Shown here in pieces: positions 54,660 through 64,000 of a DNA stretch of 64,000 nucleotides. Source of the stretch: Oikopleura dioica (Eukaryota > Animalia > Chordata); NCBI GenBank assembly GCA_907165135.1, contig OU015568.1, forward strand, positions 6,324,001-6,388,000, read 5' to 3'. Positions within the stretch are counted from its first letter, which is position 1. The number at the start of each line of letters is the position of its first letter. Made by a program: the position numbers and the translations under genes. The notes under the pieces were generated by a model, which was given only the letters and a program-made list of their open reading frames with translations, was not told the DNA's origin and searched no databases.

Positions 54660-54786
54660 GGCTCGAAAACCTGTGTAAAAAAAACTGAGTCAGGCTTTGA
54701 ATGAGCTTAAGGGTATCAACAACGATTTTGGGCATATTTTCAGACTCTTATTCAGACCCTTATTCGATCGTTGTTGACACCCTTAA
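54660..54786. mobile_element. Family-A left arm carrying a nested 72-bp TTAA element (54711-54782)
   Basis: GCTCGAAAACCTGTG..CTGAGTCAGG, then TTAA|GGGTATCAACAACG...CGTTGTTGACACCC|TTAA. Confidence 0.75.
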
Positions 54787-55405
54787 TTGAAAGGCCTCTC
54801 ATTTAGATTCTGACTGTAACAGTTACAGTAACCTAGTAGACAATCGACTGTTTGCCATTTTGTCTTTTTCTTCCGTTTCTTCATTCATTCCTATTCTCTT
54901 TGAAGCCCAAACGGTTTTCTTCCCATGTCAAAATTGCCATAAAAGAGGGTTAGAACTGACCTTCGTGCCCATAAAAGAAAGAGCAAGAAGTGCCCCGGTG
55001 GTTAGAGTTTTTGGGAGAAAAGCGACAATGAATTCAGTTACGCTTGGTATTAGGAGGGACGTAGAGATCAAGCAAATTCAGGAAAAGGTCTTTTTCCACT
55101 TTTTTATTCCGTTTTTTGATCAAAATAGAAAGAACCTGACCTAGACATTTGAAAATTTTGGAATTCCAGTCAGGGACCAATTAATTTACTTTTTTTTTTG
55201 AAAATAAAATTTTTGATTCCGCTTCAGGGAAGATATGGGCAAATAAATTTGTTCAAGGAGATTTAGGACAAGGAAAGCTTTTGATCATAAATTAGAGAAT
55301 TCTAGTGATAAATAGAAAGTCAGACTAAACAAAGAATTTCCACTACCACCATCGCCATTTTTACAACGAAAGGGGCTTAAATTTGTCAAGGGGAAATTGA
55401 GAAAA

Positions 55406-57847
55406 ATGCCCAGCAGAATTGATGAAATTAATCAGACTCTTGGGTATTTGTTAACAAAATTTGAGGAGGCTGATCTTTTTTTGACACTTTTAGCAACCAA
55501 GCGGTGAGAGCACGGCTAGACACGCCAATAGATCCTGAATCCACGAAAAGAATCAAAATATCGATATGCGGCCAGGTCTTCGTCACGCAAGAAAAAACAG
55601 TAGGGATGGTTCTAACAGTCATAAATAGCGATTTTAAGATAGTGACGCCCTAATTTTTGCGTATGAGAAAATTTATCAGAGAATTTTTTTTTTCAAAAAA
55701 GTAACCGAAAAAAACTTATAGTAAAACTCACTAGTCAGTGAGTTGTTTTTACGGCGCTTGTCTATCTGCCTAATTGATCATTAAATTTTTGTGGGAACCA
55801 GGCGTCAACAGCGCGGGCACGCAACACCCGCCTCTACCGCATGCTCACGGACAAAGTAAGTAGAAGCGCCCTTATGCTGGCATTTACTTTTACTAAGCCG
55901 TAAGCGTCTTTAGAGCCTGGCGGATGGATACGATGAAGCGCAAGATGTCTACTTTTTCGATCGTCATTTACCTTCATTCCCGGCGATTCTGTACTTTTAT
56001 CAGACTGGCTTCATTTGGAGACCGCTAGATGTGCCAATGGGATTTCCGGTTGAAAAAAATTCTCTCTTCCTTGATTTCAAGATCTCATTTTTTCAACCAA
56101 AGCAGAGGTCTTTGTCGAAGAAGTCATCTTCTACGGACTCGCGGATCGAATTCTAGCGCCGCTAGGGGATGAAGACAGAAACAAGCAAATTCTATTCTGT
56201 ATGGGCGGTAAAAGAACACTTTGTGTCCAAAGGTCAGTTTCTAGCGACTCATTTTCATTAACAAAATAAGCCGCGAAGCGATTTGGAATTTGTTCGAAAA
56301 GCCCGAGACGAGTTTATTAGGAAGCGGGTCAGAATTCTCAGATTTCAATAATTGATGCTCCCGCTGCTGATCCATTTTGAAAGCAAAAGTCATAAACGTC
56401 CTGTCAATATTCTTCATTCTGCTATCGACAATCAGCTTTTGCTTGGAAACGATTCCGTTTTTTCAAGAAGGAAACTGCTACCCTGGAGTTGATAAAAACG
56501 GAACTCCTGTACGCTATCAGATGAAAGACTACAACCCTGAAAGGTTTCTTGGCACTAGAATTTTTGAAGAGACTTTTCTAGCAACACTTTTCCATTTTGG
56601 GTGATCGAGACAATTTGCATAACGTTCTTTACGATCGAGTACGTTTTACGCTTCTGGTCGGCGCCTGATAGGTAAGCTTTTTCCCCCTCCTAGCGCTAGA
56701 ATATCTCCTAGATGCCGATTCGTTCCCGAGTTCATGAATCTTGTCGACCTAGCTGCCATCGTTCCCTACTACATCACCATTATCTTCGACGCAAGCATCA
56801 ATAAGACCGTCCTTTGCATGGATGACAAGACAAGTAAGTTTGCAAAGATTCTTCTGAGAGCTAATCTACAGCTGTGATTTACAGTATCTCTTGGTTTTTC
56901 TCCCGACTTTTTCGAAAAGTAAGAATGAGTATTAAAAAAATGTTGTATAAAATTCGTCGTGAATACTGTATTCAAAAAGTATTATTGAAAATTGCAAATC
57001 TAAAAAATATTTTTTAGCGTCTTCATCAAGGTAAATATCACAGTAGCTGCCCTAGAATCCTAATAACAATAGATTAACCAGCTACTAACCTTCGCGAATT
57101 AATATAAACCCTCCATCACCCTAACTTGCTGGAATTCAATCGTTTTCAATAAAAAATTGAGATCAACAAGGACTCATAAATATTTCAGCACTGACAACGG
57201 TAGTTTTCTCATGATCCTGCGAGTCATTCGTCTGGCTAGAATAGTCCGAATAGCGAAATTATCCCGCCACTCCCGAAATCTCTCCACTCTCATAAAAACA
57301 ATGAAGACTTCGCTCCGTGAGCTTTCATTCTTGATGCTATTCTTCATTGTTTCGATGGTTTTGTTCGCGACTTTTGTATATTTCTGCGAAGTTGCGGATA
57401 ATCCGAATATGTTTCCTTCGATTCCAGCGTCGTTTTGGTGGGCGATTGTTACGATGACGACAGGAAGGGATAGATAGAAAAAGGAAAATGACCTTTCTTT
57501 TATTTGAACAGCAAGATTATCCATCAAAAGTCGGTTATGGTGACACGTATCCAATCACTGCACTTGGCAAAGTCGTTGGATTTCTTTGTACGATTTGTGG
57601 TGTCCTCTGTATTGCCCTGCCCGTGCCTTCCATAGTTTCAAATTTCCACAGGCTATACCAGGTCTAACTTCATTCAACTGAAACGGACTAACATCAATCT
57701 TAGGAGGATCAAATCATGAATCCACATGGGAACCATAAATATAAAAGTAAAGACGAAGAGGTTCGATGCAAGGTAATTTTTCAAACAATCGCTTCGTTTT
57801 TTGACTATATTTCTTCAGTTAAGAAAGAAGTTCCTGGCAGATGTATG
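55406..57847 (+). CDS. KCNA: Voltage-gated K+ channel, Kv1/Shaker family; about 14 exons including a 13-nt microexon and 3 GA-AG introns
   Basis: T1 domain ([18 protein letters not shown]...[17 protein letters not shown]), S1 (FCLETIP), S4 ([19 protein letters not shown]), pore ([10 protein letters not shown]|VGYGDTYP) and S6 ([14 protein letters not shown]) match Kv1 channels. The specific paralog cannot be assigned. Confidence 0.93.
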
Positions 57848-58136
57848 AAAATTTTACTGAAAAAAGTTCAATTCTTGTAATAAAGTACATATTCACAGCC
57901 TTACCTCTTTTGAACACGTGACTATGAGGTATTATTTCGAAGCGCAATTATTCCAACGCTGACTAAGAGAGTAAAGCGTGGCATATTTACTAACTTTCCC
58001 TTTTTACGATATTTGCTAACGACCAAAATGGCGAATCGCCAAACGTAAAAACGCGAATCACAAGAAAGTCTTTCCCTTTTTCTATCAGACGAGCTACTTT
58101 TGTCAGAATACAACTAGGTAGAGACAGAATAGAGTC

Positions 58137-61100
58137 ATGGGGGAGCCCATGGATGTCGATGATCAAGGAAGGCTTCTGCAAGATAATTATATGGACACAT
58201 CGATAGAGGATTATCATAATGTACCTTCCAACGTTCTTGGAGCTTGCCTAAGAAAATGCGTTTTAATGGAACCATCCACAATTGAGTAAGTGAAGACATG
58301 TAAGAAAATCAGTTAAAAATTAAATAAGAATCGATGTCAATGGATATGAACTAATCCAGAAACACAAGCTTCTCTTTCGAACGATGGAAAAGACCAAGAA
58401 TAGTTCTGAACCAGCTGATGAAACCACTGGCTCGATATTCCAGTTTCCACGAGATCCGTTTCAAAAGGTCTATGCAGTAGGAGCAACGTATTTCGACGAA
58501 AATAATGGTGTCATCCAGAAACTTGAAGGGAAAATATACAAAGTCAAAGTAAGGATTACCCTAGCTTTCTGCGTAAAAATTATTCTAGGAAGCGAAAGTC
58601 TTGTTTGATTACGCTAATAGACAGAGTATGACCGCAGCGAGAATTGAACTCGAAGATCGTGGCGACAAATTTCAATATTTCTTCGGCCCCTGTCCAATTG
58701 GCTGTTGCTCTATCGAAGTAAAATTTGTACTTGGCAAAACGATGCAAAGAGCACGTCCACAAGCGGAAACTTTTGAATCTTGTCTTCCACTTCATGTTGG
58801 CCGAACTAGATACCGCCCAGATCATCAAGTGCAATATATTCATAGTCATCGCTTTGTCGAAGACATAACTATAAGAATGATTCACGGAACTGACAATAAC
58901 ATCGAACTCAGTGCAGCTGTTGACGATTATGAAGTAAATGTTGAACTAACGCCAGTTAAAAATATGCATCTTGGCGTATACTCTGGTGGGGAACACATGC
59001 ATGAATATAAAGTCACTTTTCCTGATGGCAGGCCGAATATCTCTCAAAGTGGGCAGTACTCTGCGATTCTCAACATCAGTGTCACTTACGATAATTCAAG
59101 CAATGAGGAGCAATCCTTTAAGGACAGCAAAAAATATGCGGAACGAGTCCGAATCGATGGACTTCCCAATAACTATGGAAACATTCTATCATTTGACATT
59201 TCGCCCAAGATGATCGAAGAAAAGCTAAAAGAAAAAAATGTATCCATAGAAAGACAAGGCAAGACTGCAAGAGAATTGACCTTCTTTATCGACCGATCTG
59301 GAACAATGGTTGGTCAACCACTACGGGAGGCAGTTTATGGAACATTGTTACTTCTACGAAGTGTTCTTCGAAAAGACGATTCTTTCAGAATTGTTTCGGT
59401 TGGTTCAAGAAGTGAATACTTGATGCTCAACAACAGGGATGAATTTACAGCAAGTGATCTACACAATGACCAGAACCAGAGTCCAGTCGAAATTGAGATG
59501 AGCAGATTTACAGCAAACATGAACGAAACAAAGCTGTTAGAACCAATTCAAATTGCGATAAATCGACGAACAGAAAAAGATCGAATATTCATTCTCATCA
59601 CAGATGGACTTTTTGGTCGGCCAAGGCAGGCTCAAGGGAATAATGATGCGAATTTTCTTGCAGATGAGTTTGAAGAAACGAGAACAATTATTGAGCATGA
59701 AACCGCGGGTACTCGAGCAGGAGCCTTCCGTTTTTTTGCAGTTGGAGTTGGCAGAAACTCAAACCAAATGGGATGTGACGAGCTTGCAAGAGTCGGCAAA
59801 GGAAGTTTCATTCACGTGCCTTTGAGACATCGACTTCAAAGTGAAATGCTCAAACTTGGTGATCATATTCAACTCAATCACTATGAGCTGACAGACATCA
59901 AGCTAACTGACGGAGAAGGAGATGATTTAGCTGCCTTTCCAGGTAGAGAATCTGTACTTTTTCATTATAATTTATAACTTTTAGGTCCTGGATTAATGCT
60001 AACAAGGGACAGTTTACTACCACAATGGGAACTCTTTGGACTAAATGATGAACCATTTAAACATCTTATTCGAAATGGTTATCTGCAATATCTTAGCCGC
60101 TTTCAAAGTCTTCAAATTTATGGCAATGATCGTGTGCATTATCATCTTCCAGATCTCACGCCACAGGAAATCAAAGATAATGTAAAGGTCATAATAGAAA
60201 TAAATTCTCAACACTTCATTGATATCGACATAAGGTAAGCAATATCTTTTATCCCGATTCTTATTGTTAATTAAAGTGATGCAGTTACTTTACTTTCCAA
60301 TGTCGAAAAAAATGTAAGAAACAATGATGCGTTATTTCCATTGAAAAGTTATGGTTATCAACAATCTGCCTTTTTGTCGAGTTTTAAATATCCAATACCT
60401 GAAATCAACGGCTACGATCTTCTCACAGAGTTCGCCTTGAAGGTACCTAGCAATAGAGATATTTTTAAGTTATATATTAAATTCAGACCAAAATCATGGT
60501 CTTTAAAAAGACAAGTTACGGCTGGTTCGACATGAACGAAGGAGTGGCAAAGAATGTGATAGATCAAGCAAGGGCTAATGAAGAGGCTATCAGGCCTATG
60601 GAAATTCAAGAGATCTCTGCTCAAAATTACGATGCATATTTTGGCTCCGGCCGACAAAACCAGGGTTTCGCGCACAACGTGCAAGTTGGCGGAGTCGGTG
60701 GTCGCCCACAAGGAGGAGATTATGCTGGTGGAAATCAGGGAGTCCCTGGACAACGACGTCCGACTTTCGGAAAGCCCCCACCAGCGGGAGGAGCAAGTGC
60801 GATGCGAAAACATCGGAAGCAGAACAAATACGGCGTCAGATACCAGAATACCATTTTGCCCAAACCGACCTACATTCCTGAGGACAAGAACTTTACTCCT
60901 CTTCTTCTTCAAGGTAAGAAATTATAGGCTCTGTCCAACATTCTCTAAAACTCTCTAGCTGATCGTACCTGGATTTGGAGAAGCAAGCAGCAAACTTGGG
61001 AGCAAATCAGAAAGTACTTGGCCTTCGAAGAAGATATTCACCCACCTATGCTCGTCAAAGAACTCTTCAAACAAAACGGCAAATTTGCGGCGAAGTTCAA

Positions 61101-61383
61101 CTTCTCCAGAGAAAACGAGGCCCAAGAACGAGACGATGTGATTGTGACACTATTCGTGTATGCAATCTTCGAAAAACGCTGCGAAAGAAAACGGTCAGTC
61201 TTTGCTCTTTATTATGATTTATTCAAGAAAAATTCTAGGGACATCTGGTCACGCTCCTGGCGCGATACGCTGGCAACAATGAGCAGCAAATTTGGTGCAA
61301 AAGAAGAGGATGTCAAAGCTCTCAAGCAAGAAATTCTCCAGTTCATCTACAAAAAAGGCCTGATTCTTCCAGAACGCTACTAA
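58137..61383 (+). CDS. VIT + von Willebrand A domain protein (VWA5A/PARP4-like module)
   Basis: A 458-aa open exon contains the vWA start RELTFFIDRSGTMVGQPL..., IFILITDG and FFAVGVG. Upstream exons are VIT-like; downstream exons splice to ILPERY* at 61383. Confidence 0.85.
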
Positions 61384-62124
61384 AATCAACAGTTCCATGA
61401 TTATCCTTGTACATAATTTCAACTTTGCTACCAATGACCAATTATTTATTTAACTCCTAGCGTTTTTCAAATAAAAATAAAGTTCAAATTGTCACTGTTG
61501 TAAATATTCCGTTATTGCCTGATTAATAAACTCAACTCTGAAGCTCAGCTTGAAAAGCATTAATCCTCTTGTTTCAAAAAAGCGCTTTGTTTGGATCTTG
61601 TCTTTGTCAGATCTGCTGAAAGAAACAAACTGCTAAGAATTAAGGAGAGCGATTTCGAATACTTAGTAATCCAAAAAAAGAAAGCTAATTATCAAAGAAA
61701 GAGAAAGCCGAAAACACGGGGCTTCTCATGTCTTCTCAGCCAATGCTCAAAGATCACAAACTCAGGCGCGTTTCCCAGAAGTAAAATAAAAGCCGGACTT
61801 TATTCTTCTCACTCATGGCAGGGGACAGCGAGATTTTGAGAAATCTAACAAGCTTGAGAGATGAAATATTTCTGGTTCTTTCTACACAAGCTAAGGAGCG
61901 AGAAAATCAACGAAGAGAAAGAGAAAATGCAAAGCTACCACTATATAAAAAATCAAATCTCGGCTTCCAGAATCAGAATCAACGAAACTTGAGAATTTCT
62001 CCGACGCCCGAATTTCCTTCGACTCGCAATCGGAAGGTTTCAATTTACTCAATTATCAATTCAGGAACGTCATACAATCACAGCTAAAATTTTATACAGT
62101 TAGAAAATATGCTTCACAATTCGC

Positions 62125-62210
62125 CAAGAAAACCTGAGTCAGGGACTGAAAGATCTTCGAAGCTTCTTATTAAAGATCCTTTAGACCCTGACTCAGGTTT
62201 TATGGACAGG
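62125..62210. mobile_element. Family-A MITE, short (TIRs only)
   Basis: AAAACCTGAGTCAGGG ... CCCTGACTCAGGTTTTA. Confidence 0.75.
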
Positions 62211-62445
62211 CTCCTTGCTTAGAAACTGTCTGACAAATCGAGAAAAGCTGCTTTTCAGAAAAAATGCGTGCCATCCCGAAAAGTCAAATCCCAAAACCTT
62301 AATTTCTGTCCCCATTGCCCCCACTGTGCAAATACATATTCGAAGAAATAAAATTATTATAAAATTTTATTAATTAAAATAACACATTGGAATACTTTGA
62401 AGAAATGGCAGTGAACATGAGGATTGTCTACGATTGAAAAATAAT

Positions 62446-63472
62446 TTATAAAACTTCATCTTTGAACGCAGCGTTAATTTGTCCAGAAACACTTGGAACG
62501 GGCGATTTAGGCACTTCGATCGCAGAAGCCCGGGGAAGAGCCTCAAACTCTTTGAGTCGAAGAAGCTTTCGAAAATAAGGTAGAGCTCGACGGTTTGTCC
62601 AGCCGTAGATAAAGCCATTTGTGATGGATGAAAGTCGCAGTGAAGTCATTGTAAAATCGACGTCCAAAGGTGCTCCACCGTAGAGCCAGCCAAAAGAAGT
62701 AACGATGAATGGAATGGATAAAACAGCTTGAAAGCCGACCGAGATTGCTAGAAATCATTGTCACTAGAATTTCGCAACGAATTAACTTACCAAGGCGGCG
62801 GAAGCTCAAATCTCGCTCAGTCGGAAATCTTTTGATGATGTTCTGGTGAGTTAGATACGAGCAAACTCCGTTGCCAGCAATTGATATCAAGCTCATAACT
62901 GCAGGAATGACAAATGCGAAATCTTCGTGCTCAGATCGTAAAAAGCCTGAGCAAATGCAAGTAGCAAGTGAAAGAGAAAGTATTGTTCCGATTCCAAGCC
63001 CGGCGTCGAATGTTAAACCAGCGACATCACGTGAAGCTAGAATCGTTGAATCGCAATTCTACACTTTCATTCTGTACCTTGAAGTCTGTAAATTCCAATA
63101 AAGCTCAAAGTCACAGCCGGAGCGGTCAGCAGAGCAATTTCAGAACCGATGAAAATAGCGTCGCCAATTCCAGTAATCACTCCTGTTATTCTCAGCGAAA
63201 GGAGGACATTACCAACGAAAGCGTTCAAAAAATCGAAGGAAAGCAGAATCAGGACAAATTTGAGCACAAGAAGAGTTCTGTATTGCCCTTGTTCTCCAGC
63301 ATTTAGGCCTCTTTTTGCAGAAATAGCCCAAATAAGAGAAAGAGTGGATCCAAGCAACCAGATTAATGAAGCGAAAACTTCAATAAAAATATGTTTAATT
63401 GTTATTTTAAATTTTTTTACCAAGTAAAACAACAGTAGCTCCACAAGGCTCGGGATTTGAACACAGGCCCAT
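62446..63472 (-). CDS. Divergent class-A (rhodopsin-like) 7TM GPCR
   Basis: Seven hydrophobic segments across about 4 exons: TM1 LIWLLGS, TM2 LLSFD, TM3 end IGIYRL (DRY position), TM6 FQAVLSIPFIV, TM7 SSITNGFIYGW (NPxxY position), then a basic helix 8. Confidence 0.75.
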
Positions 63473-64000
63473 GTTTTCTGTTTCTTCCCTTTTTCAGTAG
63501 AATCTCTGTTCGAGGCGCATTGTTTTTTGTCTGATTGAATGGTCGCGCTTTCAGCGGGGCGTTCGCTTTAACAAATTCGTTTTGTTTGACGAGGCCGAGC
63601 TTGGCCGTGAGCCGACCAGCATTGAAGTTTTTTTTCTGAGCTCAAGCGCCCACGCGCCGGATCATCCGACTGATGATTCTTCTCTCTTTTTCTTCTTCGA
63701 TTTTGTGCAGTTGAGATTTTTTTTTCTCGGATGGAAACGCTGGCGAGGGTAATTTTTGCAGCTAGAATTATTAATTATTGAAGCTCTGAATAAGTAGCGC
63801 GTTCAATTAATTTTGGGAAGATGCCAGAGTGCTGTGACTTCAGGCGAATTGTGTTTTTTTAAATTATCAGAAGAATTTTATGAAGGAAACCTCCTTATTT
63901 ATTAAAGTAATAATCTTTTACAGATTTTTGGCAGTAATTTATTAAACTAAAAAAGTTGTAATAACCAAATAATTAAAAAGTGCGAAAACAAGGAAGAAAA

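Noticed and set aside
55580-55812. Possible GG-AG intron in the Kv1 T1 domain
   Set aside because: A canonical GT-AG alternative also keeps the frame (two extra residues) and is more parsimonious.
61591-62087. Charged ORFs downstream of the vWA gene
   Set aside because: Low-complexity, no domain, and no supported stop or continuation.

Overview
Eukaryotic, gene-dense genomic DNA. It is almost certainly from the appendicularian tunicate Oikopleura dioica (inferred from 39-70 bp introns, GA-AG introns, compact genes and a MITE-rich background). The ORF track shows only exon fragments, so all gene models were spliced by hand. Confident genes: Pax6 (6739-12618 +), an HSF-DNA-binding-domain protein, a coiled-coil protein with an alpha-catenin/vinculin tail, an HCN-type channel, a RING-HC protein, a secreted CUB protein, three tandem Cys-rich PPxY membrane-protein paralogs, Prox1/prospero (44931-48849 +), a single-domain rhodanese, a Kv1/Shaker channel, a VIT-vWA protein and a divergent class-A GPCR. 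Non-coding DNA is packed with non-autonomous inverted-repeat elements of several classes (hAT-like with 8-bp TSD, TTAA-target, Mutator-like with 9-bp TSD, foldbacks), often nested in one another. Best leads: (1) a hAT-like MITE inserted inside a coding exon that can only be tolerated by forming a new non-canonical intron; (2) at least four GA-AG introns, one splitting the K+ selectivity filter, plus a Pax6 junction that fits no known splice class as assembled; (3) a MITE family built from GCGNAGC mini-hairpins and AP-1 palindromes; (4) an HCN S4 lacking the canonical helix-break serine; (5) a structured GC-rich island inside the Prox1 homeobox intron. No prokaryotic system, CRISPR array, rRNA or tRNA is supported.
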